This document shows positions 12,811-25,299 of a stretch of 64,000 nt of DNA, in pieces; position 1 is the stretch's first letter, and each line of letters opens with the position of its first letter. Below the pieces are notes generated by a model. It was not told the DNA's origin. It saw only the letters and a program-made list of their open reading frames with translations, and did not search any database. Source of the DNA: Hydrolagus colliei (Eukaryota); the NCBI GenBank assembly GCA_035084275.1, contig CM068756.1, positions 14,260,001-14,324,000 on the forward strand, in the 5' to 3' direction. The position numbers were made by a program, and so were the translations under genes.

Positions 12811-14399
12811 TTATGATGTTAAGTTGTTGTTTGAGTTGTTGCTGTTACTGCTATTATAGATAAATCATAAAATAGATCTAAAAATATGTCTGAATGAAAA
12901 GATTGGATGTGTTTAATAGATTTCTGCAAGTTCTAGATATTGCTTTGCCCTGGAGCACAGATAATCAATGATTGACGAGAATACCACATTGTCCTTCATG
13001 GAACATTTCATTTATTGCAATTGAAAATGTTGAATCAAAGCTGTTCTGTTCAATTATCATGTACTATACAAGCAACTTCATTTGAGATTTTAGATGAATG
13101 GTATTACAGATATCACAGAAAAATAAAACAAAACCTTTATGTCACAGCCGACATTATTACAATACATCAATAGCTGTATTTTAACACAACAACATGTATC
13201 ATTTATGAGACTTGGTTATTTTTGAAATTACATGTTATTATTAAACAGTTGAATAATGTGACTTGTTTAAGTAGTTCTAGTGAAATAATGTAAAGGGAAG
13301 ATAGATTGAAGAGTAAACGCCTTCTGAATCTTTTTGTGCAGAAAGCTTTGTGGATACATAGATGTGTTAAAACCATCAACATAATGTTCAGCAGCGCTCA
13401 GAAAAATCAAAACATGATCTACAGTTGTTGTTCATGATATGTCCCGAAATATTATTTATTAAACACTAAAGTGGTGCCGTTAGGTGATGTAATATTTGTA
13501 ATTGTTGGTTTATTGGTGCAAACTTGTCCAAGCTGATGTGTAATATTTTGACCTGGGTGTGTGAAGAAACTCTGTGAAACTACAACAAGAACAACAAAGT
13601 TACATTTGTATAGCGCCTTTCACATCGGGAGGACGTCCCGAGACGCTGGGATAAAGAACTGAGAATATATAAAGGGTGAAACAAATAAGATACGGCTAAT
13701 ATTCCAGTTATATTCCCATTCCTCAATGGTATCAGTCAAATGTCTCAAATATGTTTAATGTAATATACCAGATCATAACGTACAATCTTCTGTTTCATCA
13801 GTCACTGCATTTCCATCAGCATAATTCAATCGCTTGTGATGATTTCTCACTTCATCTGTAAGTCAACAAGCAGAGCCAGTGTGAGCCAGTATCACCAATC
13901 GTTTGACTCTATGATTAATTGTACTGATTGCTGGTTTCCCCCCATAGTGATTGAAGTTTTAATCTGAAATGTTTATAATGACACTGTAATCATAATATAT
14001 TTTAGTTTATTTGTAAACAGCTTGTATCTTCACTGTAAATATTTTCAATTTACCTTCAAGAATGTTCAGCCTCGTGGATGTAGAGCTTATTAACAGGGAT
14101 ATTAATGTCAACATTTATTATGATAACCCAGTAACAGTTTGGGAAGCTATCAGATGAACATATTGTTCACTAGTGTTCCAGACACCTGGAGGTTTGGAGG
14201 AGACATCTTTATATCCATTGATTATTAGAGAATCCTCCAATAAAACAAAGTGTAATTCCCACAATCTAAACTGTCTGCTCCCGGTTGCCGGCGAAACCGG
14301 CGTTTTCCTGTTGATTGATAATTTTATGGGCGACGCTATCAATACAATAATTGTCAATGAAACCACAATATTATTTTGAAGCGAAGAATGCCTTACCTT

Positions 14400-17300
14400 T
14401 CAAGTTTTTACATGGTCAACAATGAAGATGGTCAACACTATCACTACCAAGAAACAGGATATAAACCGTAAAATCATCATATTCTCCGACATTCCACCAT
14501 AACCTAGAAAACAAATATCGAAATTAAAATCTACTGAATAATTCTACTGTATTGGGAACATGTACAGTTTGTGAACTAATTTCTATTGGAAGGTAGAATG
14601 AGGTGGACGAATATTATGAATTTGTGTGATTGAAAACAACAGAGAATTGTCAGGAACATGAACGCACAGACATGCTTTAGTGATGTTATAGAGCCACACA
14701 TATATTATGGGGTAGCCATTCCCCTGAGTCTGTGTGCTCAGCTTCAAATACACCAGAGAGAATGACTGTTCCGAACCAAGGCTTGGAGAGTTGGGCACCA
14801 TTATAATCAAAACTGATTCCATTAGACATCTACTATCAAATAGAAAAGTCTGTAACACATCTCACAAACTATTTAGATTTTAAGTGCAGCGAGTGTTGCT
14901 ATAAAGGGAAAAGAAGCCGAAGATGTTTCCCAACAAAGCCTCAGAATATTGAATATATTGATAAATGATATTATTTGTGCTTTATTTGTGAAAATGTATC
15001 AGTGGAAAAGTCCAGTTACTGGTTTCACCCCTAATTGCTGGTGGAGAGTGCAGGTCTATAGCAGCCTCTCTGGACAAAGGAAAAGTGATTCAAAGTTTTG
15101 GATTCACGACCATTCGTCTGAACTGCGTTAATAATATTTTGACTGGGTTAATAACTCCGGAAAAGAGATCTGTGATTGACTAACAACTGGGTTCCCACTT
15201 ATTGCTGGGTAAACAGACGCCCAATGTTTCGTTGTGTCCGGGAATCAAACCCAACAACAACAACACTTACATTTATATAGCGCCTTTCACATCGAGATGA
15301 CGTCCCAAGGCGCTGTACAGTCAGGTAGGACAAGAGCAGGGTGGGAAGGATCAGGGCAGGATGAAGAATAGTAGGAAAAGTAACTGTATATTAGTGGGCG
15401 AAACGCGGCAGCCAAATTGCGCACAGCAGTGTCCCACAAACAATCGCGAAAATGGGGCCAGGGGAGAAAGGGGGAAAAGAGGGTAAGGGGGGGAGAGGGA
15501 GGGAAAGGTGGGATGGGTTAGGGTTAGGGAGGAAGAGGGGGGAGAAAGGGGGGTAAGGAAGAGAGGGAGGGAAAGATGGGTGGGGGCAAGATCAGGAAGA
15601 GGGAAGAGGGAGGGAAGGGGAAAAGGGAGGAGAGAAAGTGGGGAAAGGGAGTGAGGGAAGAAGAAGATGGGGGCAGGGATGGGGGGAATCAAACAACAAT
15701 AATAAACAACAAAAGCAATAATATTAACAACAAAACCCAGGTCCCCCCCTCGAGAGAGAGGCGAGTGCTCTAATCACTGAGATACACGACTCCACTGATA
15801 CAGGAGATTCTGATGAATAATAATCCTAAAAGCAGCCAATTTTCCACATACAATGTACCATAAATAGTCATGGCGTTAATAACCAATTTCACCTGCTGTG
15901 TTTATCAGCCAGAACAAAGGGAGGAAGAATCTTACTTCACTTTTTGAATAGTACCATGGCCTCATTAACCTGAACAAGCCACAAGGACCTCACTTCAATG
16001 TCCCATCCCAATAGCGGGAAGCCACAGACTGCTCCCCCAGCATTACACTGGATTGCCAGTGACTTGGGACAATATTGATACATGTGTTTGGAATAGATTA
16101 GTATATTAGACAGCGTAAACATTCTGCTTACGGTGCTACGGAGGGTTATAAATATTTGAAAGCCTTGTTAACTTTAGACAATTATGCATATAACATATGA
16201 ATACTATTTCATTGTTAAGCAAAATAACCAATGTAAATATTGCATCTAATCCCAATCTGTGCATTTTTTGTGATCAGAATTAGCAACAACAACAAAATTA
16301 CATCTGTAAAGCACATTTCACGATTAGATGGAACTCAGAACTGAATACAGCTGGATATGTATTAGTTTACGGCAGCTGTAGCTAATGACATCTGGTTACC
16401 ATTGCTCTTGACTTTATTACTCAGGCGAGAGCGACACACAGAATACCAAAATGGACCATTGCTTATCAGAGGAACCCTCACAAAATACAATCCATAGATT
16501 GTAGAGCAAGAGACTGCTGTACCTATTGACAGCTGATCACAGCGATGAAACACAATCACTTGTTAATAAAAGGGGGAACATGACGGGATGGGAAGATGTT
16601 TGATGCTGAAGTGTCCTGAGGTGTCCCGAGCATTTGAAAACTATGCGGGTTCAGGATGCCACCACTTATTGGTTAGGTTTATCAAAATGTTTGATTTATT
16701 CACTTAAAATGTTCCACATTCAAACAGTATAATGTATTTTATCACCATTTCGTACAATCTCCTGATCACCTTTCTCCTATTTGTCTCCTATCAACTCTGG
16801 CATCGCTTCCTATCCCTGCAGGTCTCCCGGGAGAGAGAGCAAGTCACATTCCATCCCTCAAGTCACAGGCAGGAGCTGCCAAACATTGACTTGTCCCTCG
16901 GCCTCTCTTCTTCACTGTCTGTAAGCTCCCACTTGGCGACATCACCCGCAGAGTATGTCCACATGTATATACACGAACTCTCCCATGTTCCTCCACACTG
17001 AACATCCACCATTAACCCAATTAGTGCCAAACATCAAGTCCTTTATTGAGCTCTGACTTCCTTCAGCTGAATAATAATAATCTCTGGATTTTATATAGCG
17101 CCTTAGATATCAAACACAATGATTAATATTGTTGCTATTATTATCATCTCATTATTGTTGTCTCAGTTCATTGAAAGGCGCTATACAAATGTAACTCAAA
17201 ATCACCAGAAATGTGACCTCACCTGCAGCACATCCACCCCATAGTGAATAACGGGTTGGATTTTCAATCCCTGGAGAAATAGTACACACTGAGATGAGAC

Positions 17301-19620
17301 TGTACATTGTGTAGGGGAATGCTTTGTAAATTTGGTAGAATAGATATGTTATGCAAGTCATTTATGATTTATATCTTGCAGTGATTTCGAGTAAGTATTA
17401 AGCACGGTAAATGGTTTAAATATGGTCTAATCTTAATCCGTGTTTATTGAAAGCAGAATAAAAATTACAAGCAGACCATCATTGAAAACATTTTGATATT
17501 GACGTAGGGTGTTAGACAGGTGTTAGACAGATCAACATTTGTTCTCGCTTATTTTTATTATTGCTCTTAAATCGATCACACTGAGGGCGACACTCAGAAT
17601 ACACATGAAGCGGAACATCGATTTTCAGAGGAACCCCCCCAAAATACAATCTATAAATTATAGAGTGAGACAACTGGACATAGTGGCATCTGATCGCAGC
17701 GATGAAACATGCTGACTAGCTTTGAATAAAAGGAGGAACATGGTGGGATGGAAAGACATTTGATGAATCACGTGTCCTGAGCTGAAGCTGAGGTTTTGAA
17801 AATCATTCAGTTTTACGATGTGTTGATAATATCTATAATCGATAAGTAGATAATGTCGGTTTGGTTTAATGAAATGTTTGATGATTCACATCAAATGTTC
17901 CACATTCCAACAGCGTAATGTATTTGATCAACATCTTGCACAACCCCCTCATCACTAATCTCAACACATTTGTCTCCTATCAACTCTGGCATCGCTTCCT
18001 ATCCCCACAGGTCTCCCGGGAGAGCAAGTCACATTCCATCCCTCAAGTCACAGGCAGGAGCTGCTGAACATTGACTGTTCCTCGGGTCTCTATCCTCAGC
18101 CTCTGCCCTTCACTATCTAGATGTTCCCACTTGGCGACAAATCGCTTCAGAGGATTCAATGAAAGGCGTTGTACAAATACAACTTTGTTGTTGATGTTGT
18201 TTACGAATCAATGCGGCTAAACATCCCTATGAGAATTGAATTAACAACAGTTGGGTTTTTAAAACTCTTTTAGAATCTTACCTGCTTTAGGTTTTGAGAT
18301 GGTGTAGGTGGCAATAGCTGAATTCTTGACGGTGATGTGAGACACCAGACAGGTATAAACAGATACGCTCTGGACAGACTGTGTGTCTTCAATAGAGCTA
18401 GAGACCATATAGAGTTCCCACGAGTTCTGCTTTTCTATGGTTACTGTCTCTTCCACCATTATTCCTGATGTTGGTGTAATTTGGTTCTCATCTTTATACC
18501 ATATGAGGGTGAAATCCTTTGGGTAAAACGCAGTAGTTTCACACACAATTGTCCGATGCTGAGTTGAATTCCTAGAGAAAATCCTCAGTGGAGTTGGGGG
18601 AACTGTAGAACAGATAATGGAGGAAACTCATATTAATTTTGATCAATCAGCGGGAGAAACTTTATTTTGATTATTTTCTTTGCATTCTCTCGATTCCTGA
18701 GTGCAAATGGAGATACACATTTAGATACACAAATATCCCTCTCACAGCAGGAGAAGCTTCCTCTGCTTTAATTACATTTTAATTTTAAAAAAATCAATTG
18801 TTATTGATATTCATAATCATGGTCTTACATATTATTACTGTTGTTATTGCAACTAAGATTATCAGGCAGTATTGATTGCTGTGAACTCTCCAACAGAGGA
18901 GATTCCTGACAGGTGTGTGCACACTGAGTTATTCTGGCTCAATTGGTGACCCTCTTGCCTCTGGGTTAGAAGGATATGGGATCAAGCTCCGCGATCGGAC
19001 TTGGAATTAACACATTTTGAAACACCCGCTGCAATGCTTTTTATGTTATTTTCACATAGCTTCGCTCTTCATCCACACTCACCCTGCACAGTTAAGCTTG
19101 ATCCAGGTCCTGTTCCAATTACTGATCCCTGACGGATCACTGAGCAGCGATAGACCCCAGAGTCCTGTAAACTCACATTCAGGAACTGGAAGAAGCCGCT
19201 TCCTTTGCCTTTCACACCAAATGTTTTCCTGCTGTCCGCCTGTGTGTCCAAGTAGCCGTCCTCACGCTCCTTCTCCCACCTCACCTCCTCTCCTGACACG
19301 CCTTGAGAGAAGGGGAAGATACAGCGGAAAGTGACGTTTGTCCCTCTGATGGCAGCCACACGTTCGGGGATTTGTGTCACTTTCACTGAAGAATCGCCAG
19401 CAACTGTCAGAAAATAAAGTCAACAGACTGATTTCTCAGACAATATACCATGGACAAAAGCAAGCGAGTGAATAGAGTTAAAAAACGTAAATATATATGA
19501 TAAATGGCACAAGGAAACAAGCTTACACATATTTCATAGAAGAACTGAGTTACAGAGTAATAATATACCTGTTGAAATAATATGTAAGACAGACAGGTAC
19601 AGAAACACAACACTCCCCAT
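14400..19620 (-). CDS. G2: VJ-C1 receptor, Arg-TM, essentially tailless (ends ..DHVKT*), about 265 aa
   Basis: Leader 19569-19620, V 19083-19403, C1 18282-18602, TM exon 14397-14503 with in-frame TGA at 14400-14402. Optional 48-nt exon at 17223-17270. Confidence 0.85.
15445..15695. repeat. Polypurine (GA-rich) low-complexity tract
   Basis: About 250 nt of almost only G and A on the plus strand. Confidence 0.9.
17223..17270 (-). other. Relic of the uncharged-class TM exon inside the G2 intron; possible 48-nt cassette exon
   Basis: Homologous to the 5' part of the G5 TM exon 47952-48065. Acceptor ctatttctccAG, new donor GCAG|GTGAGG, encodes GIENPTRYSLWGGCAA. Confidence 0.6.
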
Positions 19621-20454
19621 GTCTGAGTGTGGGTCTGATGAGCTGTAACACACGAACCTGGAGTGTTTGATGAAGAGTAGGCAGCTGTGACACTGACTTC
19701 CTGGTTCTTTGGGTTCTGGAAATGTGGCTGTTGTGGTTGATGTGATTTGAAATCAACTTCTACAATAAAATTATGAAAATATTAAATCTTCCTATTAATA
19801 GCAGAGAATGGCTAAACACATATCTAAACAAAGCACAAAAGAGTTCAGCTTCACTATTCAGTCAGTGGTGGTTTCTCTAACCAGAAATGTTGTTTTTTAA
19901 ACATGAACTCATCGACTTGCCTTGGAATCAACAGTGTCAGAAACAAGCCAATCTGGTGCAATGTTTCTGCTGATAGTTCTCTCTGTCCCCTATTGATAGA
20001 AAATAACCTTTCCCTCTAAAGCGCGGGGCCACCCTCTAAGATACCAAATTATCGTCCCATCTTAACATTACGCCTCCCATCCAAAGTCCTGGCAACTCAA
20101 CTTTGCTCGAACATGTTTCTCCACTGAGTCCTAGTAATCCAATTTCTACCCAAACCTGAGACAGAATAGTCAAGGAAACAATAGTATTCAATCTCTCTAT
20201 CTCTGTAACCGCAGCCTTCCATGTTTGTGTGTTCCTTCCTTTCCAAAGTCCTGGTCACTCAACTTTGCTCTCACTTTTTGCTCCATTCGGTTGTAGAACT
20301 CCTCAAGTGAAGTTTCTGGCCACAGCAGAGAAAGCCTTGGCAGAGTAACACTGATTTTCTGTCTGTTTGTCTGTCTGCAACCACAGTGCCTCTGCCTTCT
20401 TGTCCTCCTGGATGTTCTGCTGCTTTCAAAATTGTCGCTACTTGATGACTTGAT

Positions 20455-20805
20455 GGAGCTCCTGTGGCTCAGTGGTTAGAGCACTTGTCTTGCAAGCTGG
20501 GGGAAACCAAGCTGGGGAGCCCAGTGTTCGAATCCAGGCAGGTCAGGGCGAAACCTTGGGCAAGTTTCCTTACTCCACACGCCTAATAATAATCCCCCCC
20601 CAAAAAAAACCACAATAATAAAATTGGTCATTTCAATCCACGACTGTATGTGGGACACTGCTGTGTGCAATTGGCTGCCGCGATTCGCCCACAAATATAT
20701 ACAGTCAATTCACTTTACAGTATAGTCTGTGAAGCGCTTTGGGACATTGATAAGATGTGGAAAGTGCTATATCAAATGTAAGGATTATTATTATTATTAT
20801 TATTA
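20455..20805 (+). mobile_element. tRNA-derived SINE with L2-like 3' end
   Basis: A box TGGCTCAGTGG, B box GTTCGAATCC, core CAATTGGCTGCCGCG, (ATT)n tail. Recalls DeuSINE/SacSINE1-type 3' regions; not verified. Confidence 0.85.
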
Positions 20806-22989
20806 TTCTCTTCCCTCATCCATCCCCTTGGAACTGCAGTGTATCCAAGAACTGTATTGATCTGCGCCTTCTTTTTTCATCTGTCTGCATGCTCTCTCAC
20901 TTGGTAATATCATCCACAGACAAGCAATGAACTTTCACATTGATGTGAATGAAAGACACCTCAAATTCCACTGTTGAGTTGAGATCTACTGGTGCAATAT
21001 CCATTTCCGGGTCAAGACCTAGCTGACCACAGACTTCCTCTGAAATACTATTGATGGCTCCCATCCCCCTTGTCTTCTGCAAATATTTCCTTTGTCTTTG
21101 AATACACTGAAAAGTGAATTGACTGTGTATATGTGGGAGAAATGCGGCAGCCAATTGAGCACAGCAGGTCTCCCCACAAATATTTGTGGATTGAAATGAC
21201 CAATTTATTATCTTTCTGTTTTTGAGGGATGATTATTATTAGGCGTGTGAATTTAAATTTGCAGTTGTCATCAATTGATAGATAAACCTGTGGGATGGAC
21301 CAAGAGGAAACACAAATACTCAATGAACTGGATAAAATTTGCCAGGGGGGATGTTGAAATAAATCTAGTTGTGTCATTTGACGCATCGCACATGAAAAAA
21401 GTGACCCCCAGCTGAATGGTTGAGGCCAACGCATTTAATGCACAGCTTGAGGCTGTGATGGGGACATGGTAGGGGGGGGTGTTCTGAAATCAGTTGAGAT
21501 CAGATAGGCCAAAGGGCCTTTGTCAATGAATCCAAACTAAGGATTTTTTTAACAAACAAGTTTTGCATTAAACAGACACTGTTGCCCACAATACACACAC
21601 AGCTACACCACCACCTCATGGAGTAAGAATGCTGTTCATAAAAATTGATATATTGTGCCCAGTTTTTACAGCCATTTTACTACAATAGGCACCTTGATGG
21701 AAAACGTTAATAACCCGTGTTCTCTATATAATCTGAGAGCGCGAGACTCTTGTAGTGGAATTATCCTTTGACATTTATAAATACAGCAGAACGATTAGGG
21801 TTTTAACTCTTATTTGTTTCATGTCAGGTGTAATGTTGGTAGATACCCAAAATGTGCAGCGGCCACGCTTCCACCTTTTGCCACTGCATTTGAATAATTG
21901 CATCACACTTTTGTTGCCTCCCATGTATGTTTTGGAGGGATAGATTTTATCTTCTAGATGTTCTGCACAAAACATTCCAAAGGATATGATCCACAATTCA
22001 CACATTGTGCAGAACCTTGATGTTAGCAGTGAGCAGTGAGTTACAATGATGATTGAGAGGGCAACCAAATGAGCCAGCCTAATAGGCAATATATGATTCA
22101 TGTTGCAGTCCTCAGCAGTCTCATTTGAGCTTTTTGGACATATCTTTAAATAAAATGGCTACATATTATTAAAATATTCACTGAATAGATGCTATTTGAA
22201 TGCAGATAGAAGCTTAAAAATAATTAAATGAGCTACACTTAAGCATTAGCTTCATGCCATAATATAGAAACAACAACAACAGCAACACAATTACACTTGT
22301 CATAGCGCCTTTCACATCAGGAGGACTTCCCAAGGTGCTGGACAGTTATTGCTTAATATCTGATCTTAGGACAGGGGGTGGGGAAGGAAGGGGGATTAGG
22401 AAGTGCTGATCGGTGCATCAAAGAGGAGAGGCTTGAGGTGGGACTTGAATAGGGCCAGGGAGCGGGGGAGGTGGAGGGGGCGGGTGGGTCGGGGGACATG
22501 GAACAGGCCAGAGCGTGCTGAGCAGAGGGTAGCAGGCTAACTGTAATGAGTAAATTAGCCGAGTACCAAACGCTCTGGGCTGCAATAAAAATGCGAGTTA
22601 TTACTGTTTATTAGCAATGGATAAGGCAAGTCAGATGTTGGATTGTTCTTAAAGGACAATAATGAGCCAAAATAGAGGAACAGTCGTGCAACTTTATAAA
22701 TCACTGGTGCAATCACACTTGAAGTATTATGTGCAGTTCTGTTCATCGGAATAGGAAAAGGATATTGTATTGATTGAGAGGATACAGTGTAAGGCAACTA
22801 AATTAATTGAGGGGATGGAGGGATTGGACTACATGGAGCGATTAGATTTACTGGGCATGTTCAGTAAATGAAAGCCGAGAAGGTTGAGGTGCAATATGGT
22901 TACGGTCTTTAAGATTCTGAAGGGATGAGGTAATATAGACCACAATAAGCTGTTTTATCTTACAATGAAGAGAAGAACCACACGATAAT

Positions 22990-23835
22990 GTGATAATGCT
23001 CCGCTCTTTCCTTTCAACTCACTCACTTTTTGAACCCCTCCAATCAGGTTTCCGCCCTATCCACAGCACAGAAACTGCCCTGGTTAAGGTCACAAATGAC
23101 ATCCTAACCGCCTGTGACCAGGGCTCCCTCTGCCTCCTCGTCCTCCTTGACCTGTCTGCTGCGTTCGACACAGTCGATCACACCATCCTCCGCAACTATC
23201 TTACCCCCCTCGCTGCCGAAACACTCGTGCATGCATACATCACCTCAAGGCTGGACTACGGAAATTCTCTCCTAATCGGCCTCCCCAGTTCCTCCATTCA
23301 CAGAATGCAGGCCATCCAAAACTCTGCAGCCCGTGTACTATCCCGCACCCGCCTCCGTGACCACATAACCCCCACCCTCGCCCGTCTCCACTGGCTCCCC
23401 ATCCTCCAGAGGATCGAATTTAAGATCCTCGTCCTCACCTACAAGGCCTTACACGGCCTTGCCCCATCCTACCTAACCCATCTACTCTCCCCCTACACGC
23501 CCACCCGGACCCTCCGTTCAACAGGACTTGGCCTGCTCCAAGCCCCCCGCCCGAACCGCCCCACCATCGGAGGCCGGGCCTTCAGTTTCTCTGCTCCCAC
23601 CTTATGGAATGCCATCCCTCAATCCCTCCGTTTCGTCTCTTCCCTTTCCTCTTTCAAGGCCGGTTTGAAGACTTTCCTCTTCGATCGTGCCTTTTGTTCC
23701 ACCCCGAACTCTTTTACCTCCCCTTCGTGTTTCACCCTTTCCCAAACACTCCCCTCCCAGCTCGGGTCACACGCCTCTTGTTTAGCGCCTTGGGACGTCC
23801 TCCCGACGTGAAAGGCGCTATATAAATGTAAATTG
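22990..23835 (+). mobile_element. Internally deleted L2-clade LINE fragment inserted in the old CR1
   Basis: ORF 22990-23811 with [42 protein letters not shown]. (TTG)n tail. Confidence 0.88.
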
Positions 23836-25299
23836 TTGTTGTTGTTGTTGTTGTTGTTTGAAGGGTTGGGAGGAGGAGGTAAATTCAAAACAAGTCTATA
23901 GAAATGCTACTTCACTGAGTAACAGTAAAGTTATGGAACAGGCTGCCCAAAGAGCAGTAGTTTCTTTCAAGAAGAAATCAGATCGATTTTTTTTGCTGGA
24001 AAGCACTACATTGGGGTAAAGTGTGCAGTTTGGGACATGTGTAAAGGGAATGCTAAATTGGTGGAAGGCAAACTAGGTATACCTTGGTCTTCTTTCATTT
24101 AACAAATTCTTATGTTAAGTTGTTGTTGAAATTGTTGTTGTTACTGATATTATAGATAAATTGTAAAATATATCTAAAAATATATGTCTGAATGAAAAGA
24201 TTGGATGCGTCTTAATAGATTTCTGCAAGTTCTGGATATTGAACTAGAGCACAGAAAATCAATGATTGATGAAAATAACACATTGACCTTTATGGAACTT
24301 TTTATTTGTTGCAATTGAAATCATGAATCAAAGTTGTTATCTTAAATTATCAAATGCGATACAAGCAACTTCATTTGAGATTTTAGGTGAATGGTATTAC
24401 AGATATCGTACAAAAATAGAATAAAATTCATTGCAATGTCATCACCGCCACCATTACAAAACATCAATAGCTGTATTGTAGCACAATAAAATGTATCATT
24501 TATGAGACTTGGCATTTTTGAAATTATGCTTTAGTTTGAAACAACTGAATAATGTGACTTGTTTAGGCTGTTCTAGTGAAATAATGCAAAAGGAAGGTAG
24601 ATTGAAGAGTAAACGCCTTCTGAATGTTTTTGTGCAGAAATCTCTGTGGATACATGGATTTTGTTAAAACCATCAACATAATGTTCCGCAGCGGTCAGAA
24701 AAATCAAAACATGATCTACAATTGATGTTCATGAAATGTCCTAAAATATTATTTATAAAACACTAAAGTGGCGGCGTTGGGCAATATAAGATTTGTAATT
24801 GTCTGTATATTGGTGCCAAATTGTCGAAGCTGATGTGTAATATTTTGACCTGGGTCTGTGAAGAATGTCTGTGAAACTACAACAACAAAATTACATTTGT
24901 ATAGCGCCTTTCACTTCGGGTGGACATCCCAAGACGCGGTGATATATAACTGGTAATAAATAAATAAATAACGGGTGAAAACAAATAAGATGCGGGCAAT
25001 ATTCCAGTTATATTCCCATTCCTAAATGGTACAAGTCAAATGTCTCCAATAAGTGTAACGTAGTATACCAGTTCATAATTTCTAATTGTCTCTTTCTTCC
25101 AGTCACCGCATTGCCACCAGCATAATTCAATCACTTGTGATCATTTCTCACTTTGTCTGTAACTAAACAGTGTGAAAGCAAATTGATGTTTCAATCTGAA
25201 ATGTTTACCACAAGACTGCAAACGTAATATATTTTAGTTTAATTGTAAACAGCTACTAAAGATATTCAGACAACACCATTGACATTGATATCCCACTGA

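Noticed and set aside
14118-14379. ORFs with YKDV/YVHL as a cytoplasmic exon
   Set aside because: Weak GAG acceptor, and the G3 copy (25560-25720) has a frameshift and no GT donor. Treated as intron.
20455-20545. tRNA genes
   Set aside because: A/B boxes are SINE heads followed by SINE body and tail, with no intact cloverleaf seen.
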